From the NCBI GenBank assembly GCA_046483495.1, contig JAWODC010000047.1, positions 1 through 17,524 on the forward strand: a stretch of DNA of 17,524 nucleotides. The letters are read 5' to 3'. Of this stretch, positions 1 to 8,852 are shown piece by piece (the stretch's first letter is position 1; every line of letters begins with the position of its first letter). The notes beneath the pieces were generated by a model, which searched no databases, was not told the origin of the DNA, and worked only from the letters and a program-made list of their open reading frames with translations. Both the position numbers and the translations under genes were made by a program. This DNA is from Desulfobacterales bacterium. Lineage in GTDB: Bacteria; Desulfobacterota; Desulfobacteria; Desulfobacterales; UBA5616.

Positions 1-1533
1 ACGATGTCTGAGCGGCTGCTCCACTTCAACCAGGAGGACGATGCCCTGGCTCCGTGCCAACAGACCTGTCCGGCGGAAATCGATATACCCAAATACATCT
101 CCCAGATTCGAAAAGGAGACTACGAGGGCGCGGTACGGACCATTCGGGAGAGAAATCCGCTATTGCTGACCTGTGGACGGGTGTGCCCTCATCCGTGTGA
201 GGATTATTGCCGAAGGGGTCTCGAGGACGAAGCCGTTTCCATAAATCAGTTGAAACGGTTCGTTGCGGATTATGAAATGAATACGGGCAAACGGATTCCG
301 ATTCCCTGCGCACCGGACACACATAAAAAAGTGGCCGTTATCGGAGGCGGGCCTGCAGGCCTTACCTGCGCCTATTTTCTGCGCCGACTGGGTCATGACG
401 TGACGATTTTCGACATGATGCCGAAGCTGGGCGGCATGGTGCGATACGGCATTCCGGAGTATCGTTTGCCTAAGAAGGTGCTTCAGTGGGAAATTGACGG
501 TCTTCTCAATATGGGTATCAAAACCCAAACCAATGTGAGGCTCGGAATCGATTTTACCATAGACTCCCTCGTGGCCGCGGGATATGAAGCGATATTTCTG
601 GGCGTAGGCGCATGGAAGGATTATACATTGGGTGTGGAGGGTGAAAATCTCCAAGGATGCTACACCGGAATCGATTTCCTCAGCCGGTTTGCCAGGAAAC
701 AGCAGGGAGATTCCGACGAAAAAATCTTTGTCGGCCGGAAATGCGCGGTAATCGGCGGTGGAAATACCGCCATCGACTGTGTCCGCACCCTCATTCGTCT
801 TGGTGCCGATGAAGTTTCCATCGTCTACCGGCGCACCAGGAAGGAAATGCCGGCCAACGAGGTGGAAATCGTAGCCGCCGAGCATGAGGGCGTGAAGTTT
901 CATTTTCTTGCCGCTCCGGTTAGAGTGATCGGCGATGAAAACAACCATGTCCAACAGCTTGAGTATTTAAAAATGGAATTGGGCGAGCCGGATGCCAGCG
1001 GTCGGAGACGGCCCGTGCCGATTGAAGGTTCGGAAACCCGCTTGGATATCGATATGCTGGTCACCGCCATCGGCCAGGGACCGGATGTTTCGTTTACCGA
1101 AGAGGGGAAGCGCATCAAGGATCTTTCCGTGACCCGATGGAATACCATAGATAACGATCCGGAAGTGCTGCAATCGAATATTCCCTATATTTTTACCGGC
1201 GGCGATGCAGCCACCGGGGCATCCCTCGTAGTGGAGGCGATCGGCGCGGGCCGGCGCGCGGCAAGATCCATTCACCGGTATTTGATGGGGGAACCGGTTG
1301 AACCGGTCGATCACTCTTTACGAAAAAAGCATATTTCCGAATCGCTCTTCGAACGCGTCGACGGGGTGGTCAAGAAACCGCGCACACCGATGCCGGAACT
1401 GCCGGTTGAAGAGCGGATCAAAACCTTTGATGAAGCAGACCTGGTGATATCGGAAAAAGATGCGGTTTATGAATCCGATCGATGTCTGTCATGCTGCCGT
1501 ATTTGCTATGATAAGGATCAGGAGGCCTGCTGA
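1..1533 (+). CDS. GltD/NfnB/DsrL-like Fe-S flavoprotein, NAD(P)-dependent FAD oxidoreductase; probably 5'-truncated
   Basis: Motifs APCQQTCP and [13 protein letters not shown] (Fe-S), VIGGGPAG (FAD), [25 protein letters not shown] plus VYRR (NADP-type site), AIGQ, GGDAATG, and C-terminal ESDRCLSC. The frame is open to the window edge (ACG at 1-3 precedes ATG at 4), so the true start may lie upstream. Confidence 0.85.
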   Translation, partial: TMSERLLHFNQEDDALAPCQQTCPAEIDIPKYISQIRKGDYEGAVRTIRERNPLLLTCGRVCPHPCEDYCRRGLEDEAVSINQLKRFVADYEMNTGKRIPIPCAPDTHKKVAVIGGGPAGLTCAYFLRRLGHDVTIFDMMPKLGGMVRYGIPEYRLPKKVLQWEIDGLLNMGIKTQTNVRLGIDFTIDSLVAAGYEAIFLGVGAWKDYTLGVEGENLQGCYTGIDFLSRFARKQQGDSDEKIFVGRKCAVIGGGNTAIDCVRTLIRLGADEVSIVYRRTRKEMPANEVEIVAAEHEGVKFHFLAAPVRVIGDENNHVQQLEYLKMELGEPDASGRRRPVPIEGSETRLDIDMLVTAIGQGPDVSFTEEGKRIKDLSVTRWNTIDNDPEVLQSNIPYIFTGGDAATGASLVVEAIGAGRRAARSIHRYLMGEPVEPVDHSLRKKHISESLFERVDGVVKKPRTPMPELPVEERIKTFDEADLVISEKDAVYESDRCLSCCRICYDKDQEAC

Positions 1534-1537
1534 TTCG

Positions 1538-2500
1538 TTATTGCCGGGCGGCTCTAAGCCGATGAATGATTTCGGCCATGTCCGGCGGAATTTCCGCCGC
1601 AAAAGACATGGCCGATTTCGTTTGAGGGTGCCTGAATGAAAGGCGTCCGGCATGAAGCATTTGCCGTTTCACGGATTTAATCACGGCCGCTTTCTCGGCG
1701 GCTGTGCCTTTTGGTGCTCTTTGACGCCCGTACACCGGATCACCAAGAATGGGATGGCCCATGGCTGCGCAATGAACGCGTATTTGGTGCGTTCGCCCCG
1801 TTTTGATGTGCAGGCGTAAGAGCGAATACCCGTTTAAACGCTCCAACAGCCGCCATTCGGTTTTAGCAGAACGGCTTTTCCTGCTGACGACGGACATCTT
1901 TTTTCGATTCACGGGATGCCTGCCGATGGGGAGTTCAATCGTCGCACATTCGGTTTTCGGATCTCCGATCACCAGTGCAATATATTCTTTTTGAACTTTT
2001 CGGTGCTTAAACTGTTCTGAAAGATCCCGGAGAGCCGACTCTGATTTTGCGACCACCAATATTCCGGACGTATCTTTATCCAGCCGGTGAACGATGCCCG
2101 GTCTTATCTCGCCGCTGATGCCGGGCAGGTGTGGACAATGATAAAGCAGTGCATTGACCAGCGTCCCTGATGAATGCCCGGGGGCGGGGTGAACCACCAT
2201 CCCGGGCGGTTTATCGATGACGATAATGTCATCGTCTTCAAAAAGCACGGACAATTGAATCGGTTCAGGAACAAAGTCCCCGGCTTCCGCCTTCGGAATG
2301 GCGCCGAAAATGTGGTCACCGCATTTTAAAAGATAGCCGGGCTTTTTCAAGCGGCTGTCTACTGTAACGTACCCGCTTTTAATCAATTGAGTCGCAGAAG
2401 TCCTGGAAAGGCGATCCACTTTTTCCGCGACAAAAACATCGAGACGTTTACCCGAATCGGGTGCGTCAACATGGAGCGAAAAAACGCTTTCGGTTTCCAT
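1538..2500 (-). CDS. rluD: RluA/RluD-family 23S rRNA pseudouridine synthase with N-terminal S4 domain
   Basis: RLDVFVA (S4 domain), DKPPGMVVHP, catalytic VHRLDKDTSG, TGRTHQIRVH, GDPVYG and QMLHA motifs. Confidence 0.92.
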   Translation of the reverse strand: METESVFSLHVDAPDSGKRLDVFVAEKVDRLSRTSATQLIKSGYVTVDSRLKKPGYLLKCGDHIFGAIPKAEAGDFVPEPIQLSVLFEDDDIIVIDKPPGMVVHPAPGHSSGTLVNALLYHCPHLPGISGEIRPGIVHRLDKDTSGILVVAKSESALRDLSEQFKHRKVQKEYIALVIGDPKTECATIELPIGRHPVNRKKMSVVSRKSRSAKTEWRLLERLNGYSLLRLHIKTGRTHQIRVHCAAMGHPILGDPVYGRQRAPKGTAAEKAAVIKSVKRQMLHAGRLSFRHPQTKSAMSFAAEIPPDMAEIIHRLRAARQ

Positions 2501-2526
2501 GGATATCCATGATGAAATGAGAACGT

Positions 2527-3081
2527 CTATGCGTCGTAATTTTCAGCTGAAAAGAGGGATTCGAGTTCAGAGGCGATAACTGCTTCATCCGTGTTTTTCG
2601 CGGTTGACAACTCTTTTACAAGCAGTATGTGGGCTGTGTCATAGAGTTTTCGTTCTCCAAAAGAAAGATCCTTGGACAACTTCAGAATGGATAAGTCCCT
2701 GAAGACCTCGGCGACATCGTAAAGAGAGCCGGTTTTTATTTTATCCATATATTCACGATATCGACGGTTCCAGGTTTGGGATTCGGTGACGGATTCCTTG
2801 CCATGGTTTTTCATTACATCATAGACGTTGGGAATTTCTTCTTCATCGATTATGTCACGCAAGCCCACGGAATTGACATTCCGTGTCGGAATCATAATAA
2901 CCATGCTGTTTTCAAGGATTTTCATGATATAAAAATCATGTGTTTCCCCATTGATCATCCGTTGCTCGACGGCTTCGATTCTGCCGACGCCATGGGCAGG
3001 ATATACGGCAAGATCACCGATTTGAAATTTTCTGTCAATTAGTGATGTCTGGGATTCTTGTGATACTTTTTTTTTCTCCAT
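2527..3081 (-). CDS. carD: CarD/CdnL-family RNA polymerase-binding transcription factor
   Basis: FQIGDLAVYPAHGVGRI (RNAP-interacting domain), conserved Trp in TWNRRY, and LSFGERKLYDTA; 184 aa. Confidence 0.92.
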   Translation of the reverse strand: MEKKKVSQESQTSLIDRKFQIGDLAVYPAHGVGRIEAVEQRMINGETHDFYIMKILENSMVIMIPTRNVNSVGLRDIIDEEEIPNVYDVMKNHGKESVTESQTWNRRYREYMDKIKTGSLYDVAEVFRDLSILKLSKDLSFGERKLYDTAHILLVKELSTAKNTDEAVIASELESLFSAENYDA

Positions 3082-3241
3082 AGGAACACCAATTCAAATT
3101 AAATTAAGCTTAAATTCCTCACATTGTCTTTTGAGGGTTGATAGTGCAAGACGGACCGGCACAAATGCCGGGCGTTCTGTACTTTTCCAATATTTCAATG
3201 GATTTGTAATAAGCAAAATAACATAATTTCGGTTAACAATC

Positions 3242-3282
3242 AAATAAAAAAGGATTGGCACACATGTGCCAATCCTTTTATT
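3242..3282 (-). terminator. Rho-independent terminator downstream of hppA, possibly bidirectional
   Basis: Minus strand reads AAAAGGATTGGCAC-ATGT-GTGCCAATCCTTTTTTATTT: a perfect stem followed by a U-tract, about 30 nt after the hppA stop. A T-run also follows the stem on the + strand. Confidence 0.9.
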
Positions 3283-3311
3283 CATGTGATGTCGAGGTTC
3301 CGAATCGACTT

Positions 3312-5375
3312 TTACATCAGGAACGGAACCATGAGTAACGCAACGACGTTCAATATTTTGATCATCGGGTTGATCGCAGGACCGGCCGTATCTTTGTACG
3401 GGTCACCGACCGTGTCACCGGTGACGGCGGCCTTATGTGCATCGCTGCCTTTTCCGCCGAAGAACCCGTCTTCGATGTATTTTTTTGCATTGTCCCACGC
3501 GGCGCCGCCCGTGGTCATGCTAATGGCCACAAACAGACCCGTGACAATGGAACCGATCAAAAGGCCGCCCAGTGCTTCCTTGCCCAGCAGAAAACCGATA
3601 ATCAGTGGTGTCACTACCGGCAGCAGGGCCGGAACGATCATTTCACCAAGAGCGAACTTGGTGACGATGTCGACGCATCGTGCATAGTCCGGTTTCTGGC
3701 TTCCTTCCATGATTCCGGGGAATTCACGGAATTGGCTTCGGACTTCTTCAACAACCGCGCCGCCGGCTTTTCCAACCGCCTTCATCGCAATCGAGGCAAA
3801 CAGATATGGAAGCAGGCCGCCGATAAACAGGCCGATAATAATATTCGGATCGATAAGATCGAAAGAGATATCAGCGCCGCCGCCCTGAATCTGGAACTCG
3901 AAAATATAGCAGGCGAAAAGCACGAGGGCTGCAAGACCGGCGGAACCGATCGCGTACCCTTTTGTGACCGCCTTGGTGGTATTGCCGACAGCATCCAGCG
4001 GATCGGTAACCGCTCGAACACTTTCGTCCATTTCAGCCATTTCTGCGATACCGCCGGCGTTGTCGGTAATGGGTCCGTATGCATCGATGGCGATGACCAT
4101 TCCCGTCATGGACAGCATGGCCATTGCTGCAACAGCGATGCCGTACAATCCCGCCATGGCATACGCAATGTAAATGGCGAAACAGATGGCAATCACCGGA
4201 GCGGCGGTAGACTGCATGCTGACGGCCAGGCCGGCGATGATATTGGTCCCATGACCGGTCGTGGATGCCTCGGCTACGCTCTTAACCGGCTGACGAATAC
4301 CGGTGTAGTACTCCGTGATAATCACAATGAGCACCGTCAGTACAATGCCGACAAGCGAGGCGTAGAATATGTTCATCGGGGTGGCCTGCATGACCGTATC
4401 AGTGTTGAGCAATTTCACTTCCAGGTTCGGCACGAGTCTCATGATTACAAAATAAAAGCCGATAACGGCCAGGATAGCGGAGCCGAACATGCCTTTGTAA
4501 AGGGCGCCCATGATGTAATTGCTGCTTCCCAGACGAACGAAGAAAGCCGCAATGACCGATGCAATAATAGAGACAGCGCCGAGCACCAGAGGCAGTTCTG
4601 TTGCAATGGCGATATCCGGAAACATGAGGTGGCCGATCAGCATGGCCGCGACTGCGGTAACGGCGTAGGTCTCGAAAAGGTCGGCGGCCATACCGGCACA
4701 GTCACCGACATTGTCGCCGACATTATCGGCGATGACGGCGGGGTTCCGGGGGTCGTCTTCCGGAATGCCGGCTTCTACCTTGCCTACCAAATCAGCGCCC
4801 ACATCGGCGCCCTTCGTGAAGATGCCGCCGCCCAATCGCGCGAAAATGGAGATCAGGCTGCCACCGAATCCAAGGGCCACCAACGCCGTGACATTGTGGG
4901 TGATGGCGTAGAATCCGGCCACAACGGTCAGGGCCAGGCCGGCGACGATCATCCCGGTGACGGAACCGCCTTTAAAAGCCAGGGATAAACCGGCTGAAAG
5001 GCCTTTTTTGGCCGCTTCCGCCGTACGGACATTGGCGAGCACCGATACCCGCATACCGATGTAACCGGCGGCATAGGATGCGGTAGCGCCTACAAGGAAC
5101 CCCAACGCGTTGGTGATGCCTAGTTCCCAGCCGTCTTTTATGCCAAAGCCGATCAGGATAATGGCAAAAATAACGGCGCCGGCTACGGCGACGCTCTTTA
5201 ACTGTCGATTCAAATAGGCGATGGCGCCTTCCTTGATGGCGTCGGCGATTTCGTTCATTCGTTCATCGCCCGCGGGGGCGGATTTTACGACACCCGCAAT
5301 GATGATCGAATACAAAACACCGATAAGGCCCACCAGTGTACAGAACAACGGTAAATTATTGGCAATTGCTTCCAT
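3312..5375 (-). CDS. hppA: Membrane-integral ion-translocating pyrophosphatase, K+-independent H+-pumping type
   Basis: [52 protein letters not shown] and [14 protein letters not shown] motifs; many hydrophobic segments; GNTTKAVT (K468) subfamily signature; GGAGG Shine-Dalgarno (SD) upstream. Confidence 0.95.
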   Translation of the reverse strand: MEAIANNLPLFCTLVGLIGVLYSIIIAGVVKSAPAGDERMNEIADAIKEGAIAYLNRQLKSVAVAGAVIFAIILIGFGIKDGWELGITNALGFLVGATASYAAGYIGMRVSVLANVRTAEAAKKGLSAGLSLAFKGGSVTGMIVAGLALTVVAGFYAITHNVTALVALGFGGSLISIFARLGGGIFTKGADVGADLVGKVEAGIPEDDPRNPAVIADNVGDNVGDCAGMAADLFETYAVTAVAAMLIGHLMFPDIAIATELPLVLGAVSIIASVIAAFFVRLGSSNYIMGALYKGMFGSAILAVIGFYFVIMRLVPNLEVKLLNTDTVMQATPMNIFYASLVGIVLTVLIVIITEYYTGIRQPVKSVAEASTTGHGTNIIAGLAVSMQSTAAPVIAICFAIYIAYAMAGLYGIAVAAMAMLSMTGMVIAIDAYGPITDNAGGIAEMAEMDESVRAVTDPLDAVGNTTKAVTKGYAIGSAGLAALVLFACYIFEFQIQGGGADISFDLIDPNIIIGLFIGGLLPYLFASIAMKAVGKAGGAVVEEVRSQFREFPGIMEGSQKPDYARCVDIVTKFALGEMIVPALLPVVTPLIIGFLLGKEALGGLLIGSIVTGLFVAISMTTGGAAWDNAKKYIEDGFFGGKGSDAHKAAVTGDTVGDPYKDTAGPAINPMIKILNVVALLMVPFLM

Positions 5376-5391
5376 TCACACCTCCGTTACG

Positions 5392-5988
5392 TTAACTTGA
5401 AATCTCGATTTTACTGGAATTAAACCGGTTCATTCCCCCCTTCACACCCTTACAAAGGATCGTTAGAACAGCATCCCGGGCAATATCGATAAATGAACGC
5501 AATGCGGATTGTTCATCCGGTGAAAAGGGGCTCAACACGTGACGCGTCACATCGCTTTCGGTCCCGGGGCGTCCGATGCCCATGCGAAGCCGACAAAAAT
5601 CGCCGGTTCCAATGGAATTGATAATTGATCTTACGCCTTTATGTCCGCCATCCCCTCCCTTCTCTTTGATTTTTATTCTTCCGAATTCAAGGTCTACGTC
5701 ATCGAAAATAATCAACATAGACCCGTTTGAAACCTTGAAATAATCAGCCACACCGCGAACCGCGGGGCCGCTTAGGTTCATGTATGTCATGGGTTTGACC
5801 AGAATCGCCTCCGAATCGAGAATTCGGCCTTTACCGAAGTCGGCGTTGAATTTCTTCTTACCAAAAGATATTCGAAAATCTTCAGCAATTTTATCCACCA
5901 CCATAAATCCAAGGTTGTGGCGGGTGTTCCGGTACTGATCTCCGGGATTTCCCAAGCCGGCGATCAGCCAACGATCGGTTTTTGTCAT
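5392..5988 (-). CDS. pth: Peptidyl-tRNA hydrolase
   Basis: GLGNPG..Y..TRHNLGF, KPMTYMNLSG, GGHKGVRSI and RLRMGIGRP motifs; follows rplY as usual. Confidence 0.96.
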   Translation of the reverse strand: MTKTDRWLIAGLGNPGDQYRNTRHNLGFMVVDKIAEDFRISFGKKKFNADFGKGRILDSEAILVKPMTYMNLSGPAVRGVADYFKVSNGSMLIIFDDVDLEFGRIKIKEKGGDGGHKGVRSIINSIGTGDFCRLRMGIGRPGTESDVTRHVLSPFSPDEQSALRSFIDIARDAVLTILCKGVKGGMNRFNSSKIEISS

Positions 5989-6036
5989 GACACCCTTTTT
6001 ATGCCGTGAAGGGCCCGCTCAATGCTTTTACGTTGG

Positions 6037-6681
6037 TTATTCGGATTCCGTTTGGGCGGGTTCTGCGCCTTCAACCTCTTCCTCGGCTTCTTCGCCTTCT
6101 TCAACCGGCACTTCTTCCATCTTCGGACTGGATACGGTTATAACGGTGAAGTTTACATCACTCACAATTTCAATGCCTTCACCCAACTGAATATCTTCGA
6201 CGTGAATCGAATCGTTGATATCGAGGTCCGATATGTCGATTTCAATGGTGGCCGGAATTTGGGCGGGCAAGCAGGTGATTTCCAATTCGCGACGGATGAC
6301 TTCAAGAATGCCGCCCATTTCAACGCCTTTAGATTTGCCTACGGCAACCACCGGGACGGTTACCGTCGTTTTTCGATCCATGGCGATTTCGAAAAAATCC
6401 GCGTGAAGATATTTGTCCGTTGCCGGGTGCCTCTGCAGTTCTTTGATCATAACGGGCTTGTTGTGGATCGTATCTCCCTCGATTTTCAGCTGGAACAGCG
6501 ACTGTCCGATACTGCCTTTTTTCAACGCATTGTCCAGTTCCAGTGTCTCGACTGCCAGCAAAACAGGCTGAATAGTCGGCCCGTAAAGAACAGCGGGAAT
6601 TTTTCCATGCCTTCTTAGGGTGCGGGCAGGTCCGTCGCCCACGTCCGTCCTGATATCGGCTTTGAGTTCTATAAAATCCAA
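6037..6681 (-). CDS. rplY: 50S ribosomal protein bL25, long CTC form
   Basis: RTLRRHGKIPAVLYG, KELQRHP..HADF, GVEMGGIL and an acidic tail; TTG start with AGGAGG (6690-6695) 8 nt upstream. Confidence 0.95.
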   Translation of the reverse strand: MDFIELKADIRTDVGDGPARTLRRHGKIPAVLYGPTIQPVLLAVETLELDNALKKGSIGQSLFQLKIEGDTIHNKPVMIKELQRHPATDKYLHADFFEIAMDRKTTVTVPVVAVGKSKGVEMGGILEVIRRELEITCLPAQIPATIEIDISDLDINDSIHVEDIQLGEGIEIVSDVNFTVITVSSPKMEEVPVEEGEEAEEEVEGAEPAQTESE

Positions 6682-6704
6682 GCGATTTTCCTCCTGAAAA
6701 AATG

Positions 6705-7643
6705 TTAAACAAACAAGGTGGTAACGGAATCTCCCCTGTGGCTTCGAATAATCGCCTCGCCGATCAGTTTTGAGATCGTCAAAACCTTGAATTTTTCACA
6801 CGCCGCCGCTTCAGGCTTCAAAGGGATGGTATCCGATACGATAACCGATCGAAGAGCGGAGTTTTTGATCCGATCAATTGCGGGACCGGAGAGCACCGGA
6901 TGAGAGCAACAGGCATGAACCTCGACGGCGCCTTTATTTGCCAACGCTTCCGCCGCCTCGGTAAGCGTACCGCCCGTGTCCACCATATCATCTAAAATAA
7001 TGGCCGTTTTGTTTTCCACATTGCCGATGACGGCCATGGCTTTGGCCTGATTCGGTGCATCTCTTCGTTTATCCACGATAGCCAGCCCCGCGTCAAGGCG
7101 TTTTGCAAATGCTCGTGCACGTTCTACACCGCCGGCATCCGGAGAAACAATAATCAGATCGTTTTTAAAGTTCGTTTTCATATAATCCAGAATGACGGGG
7201 GCGGCAAACAGGTTGTCGACCGGTATATCGAAAAAACCTTGTATCTGGCCGGCATGAAGATCCATGGTGATGACGCGGTTTGTGCCTGAAGTTACCATGA
7301 GGTTCGCAACGAGCTTGGCACTGATGGGAACCCGGGGCGCGACTTTTTTGTCCTGCCGCGCATATCCGTAATATGGGACAACAGCGGTTATTCGTTTCAC
7401 GGATGATCGTCTGAAAGCGTCGATCATCAGCAGCAGTTCAACTAAATTGTCATTTACAGGAGAGCAGGTGGACTGAATGATAAAGGCATCCTTACCCCTG
7501 ACGTTTTCCTGTATTTCAATCTGTATTTCTCCGTCACTGAACGTTTTGACCTTTGCGCCGCCAAGGGGGACGGCAAGATACCTGCAGATTTTTCGAGCGA
7601 GTTCCGGATTTGAGTTGCCCGTGAAAATTTTAAATTCGTTCAT
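6705..7643 (-). CDS. prs: Ribose-phosphate pyrophosphokinase (PRPP synthetase)
   Basis: [44 protein letters not shown] and DDMVDTGGT motifs. Confidence 0.97.
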   Translation of the reverse strand: MNEFKIFTGNSNPELARKICRYLAVPLGGAKVKTFSDGEIQIEIQENVRGKDAFIIQSTCSPVNDNLVELLLMIDAFRRSSVKRITAVVPYYGYARQDKKVAPRVPISAKLVANLMVTSGTNRVITMDLHAGQIQGFFDIPVDNLFAAPVILDYMKTNFKNDLIIVSPDAGGVERARAFAKRLDAGLAIVDKRRDAPNQAKAMAVIGNVENKTAIILDDMVDTGGTLTEAAEALANKGAVEVHACCSHPVLSGPAIDRIKNSALRSVIVSDTIPLKPEAAACEKFKVLTISKLIGEAIIRSHRGDSVTTLFV

Positions 7644-7665
7644 GATTTTGCCTGAAAATGACAGT

Positions 7666-7740
7666 TGGCAGGGGCGGGAGGATTCGAACCCCCGAATGCA
7701 GGAACCAAAATCCTGTGTCTTACCACTTGACGACGCCCCT
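7666..7740 (-). tRNA. tRNA-Gln (anticodon TTG), CCA encoded
   Basis: The minus strand folds as AGGGGCG-TC-GTC AAGTGGTAA GAC-A-CAGGA TT TTG GT TCCTG-CATTC-GGGGG TTCGAAT CCTCC-CGCCCCT-G-CCA. Anticodon is at 7706-7708; ispE-tRNA(Gln)-prs is a familiar arrangement. Confidence 0.97.
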
Positions 7741-7775
7741 TTTTATAAAAATATATCGCCGGCCCGTTAAACATT

Positions 7776-8627
7776 TTATCTCATCAGATCACAAATGAAT
7801 ACCTTCCAATTCTTATTTTCAGACAACACCAGAAATCCATCGGTTGCCTTGTCCGGATCGGAAAACAGACCGAAAACCGTTGTTCCGCTTCCGGACATCA
7901 GCGCGCCTTCGGCTCCAAGGTCCAGCAGGCGGTGTTTAATATCCGTTATTTCCGGGAACATGCGTTCGGTAACGGTTTCCAAATCGTTGCATAAATGCTT
8001 TTTGCACTGAAATCTTTCGGTAAAAAGGAAACAATTAAGCTTTTGTTTACATTTTGTCAATCCCAAATTGAGATTTTTAAAGACCAGGCCTGTGGAGACG
8101 CTGTATCCCGGATATACGAGAACCGCTGTATAAGGATCGAGTTTTTCGAAGGGGATCAACCGTTCACCTATTCCGGTGCCGATGGCGGGTTTCTTAAAGA
8201 TAAAAAAGGGAACATCCGCTCCGATCAGCATGGCCATTTTCATCAGTTCCGGTGTTGAAAACAGTTCATTGTAAAACGCGTTCAATCCCATTAAAACGCC
8301 GGCGGCATTGCTGCTGCCGCCGCCGATTCCCGCACCTGCCGGAATGTTCTTTTCAATATGAATATCGACCCCGGTTCCCGGCTCCCCTCGTTTTTCTTTA
8401 AGGTGGGCGTTGAAAATAAAGGCAGCCCGATACGCCAGGTTCCGATTATCGGAGGGAATGCTCGAATCCGTACAGAAAACCCTGTGTTCTTTCTTCCCGA
8501 ATTCAAGCGTTATCGTATCGAAGAGGGCGACGCGGCAAAAAAGGGTTGTAATGTCATGGTAGCCGTCGCTCCTTTTCCCGTTTACAGCCAAAAAAAGGTT
8601 TAGTTTTGCCGGAGAATCGCATCTCAT
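7776..8627 (-). CDS. ispE: 4-(cytidine 5'-diphospho)-2-C-methyl-D-erythritol kinase
   Basis: SPAKLNLFL.V.GKRSDGYH, KNIPAGAGIGGGSSNAA, GADVPFF, NDLE and MSGSGTTVF motifs. I place the start at ATG 8627 rather than TTG 8681 because PAK.NL normally lies within the first ~10 residues. Confidence 0.93.
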   Translation of the reverse strand: MRCDSPAKLNLFLAVNGKRSDGYHDITTLFCRVALFDTITLEFGKKEHRVFCTDSSIPSDNRNLAYRAAFIFNAHLKEKRGEPGTGVDIHIEKNIPAGAGIGGGSSNAAGVLMGLNAFYNELFSTPELMKMAMLIGADVPFFIFKKPAIGTGIGERLIPFEKLDPYTAVLVYPGYSVSTGLVFKNLNLGLTKCKQKLNCFLFTERFQCKKHLCNDLETVTERMFPEITDIKHRLLDLGAEGALMSGSGTTVFGLFSDPDKATDGFLVLSENKNWKVFICDLMR

Positions 8628-8707
8628 TCCGTTTACCCTTTTTTGGAGAAAATATCCTGGAAGGCTGTTCAAGGAACCCAAATGCCTTTATGCATTTATT
8701 TCTACTC

Positions 8708-8852
8708 AGTGTCCATCCAGAAATGAGATAATTCGATTCCGTTCAAGACGGCCGGGAAATTTTAACCGCAGGAATACATTGAGTATTTTGAGGATTAAAA
8801 TTTCCCGGCCAACGCCGAAACGGAGCGAATCAGCCATTTCTGGATGGGCACT
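8708..8852. repeat. 145-bp rod-like palindromic element (MITE-like or structured RNA)
   Basis: Terminal arms 8708-8725 and 8835-8852 are 17/18 complementary. Middle arms are 8731-8743 and 8819-8830. A perfect 16-bp inner pair is at 8750-8765 and 8795-8810, with an apical AATAC/GTATT stem. Confidence 0.8.

Noticed and set aside
3067..3075. 9-nt homopolymers in carD and mlaF (15654-15662) as phase-variation tracts
   Set aside because: Both are in-frame Lys codon runs in intact genes, with no sign of frameshift.
3094..3285. 63-aa ORF between hppA and carD
   Set aside because: It runs through the terminator hairpin and the probable promoter region, with no SD or motif.
3435..4988. 517-aa plus-strand ORF, and similar ORFs at 160-954, 6022-6618, 8779-9339, 10593-11234 and 14976-15737
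   Set aside because: They lie antisense to well-conserved genes and have no recognisable motifs; this is expected from codon bias.
7644..7775. Integrated element at tRNA-Gln
   Set aside because: There is no integrase and no duplicated tRNA 3' end that I could find, and ispE-tRNA-prs synteny is intact.
8708..8852. 6S RNA (ssrS) as the identity of the long hairpin
   Set aside because: The central internal loop is only about 6 x 8 nt, smaller than the 6S bubble. The length is short and the usual zapA/ygfA-rny context is absent. An Rfam RF00013 search would settle it.
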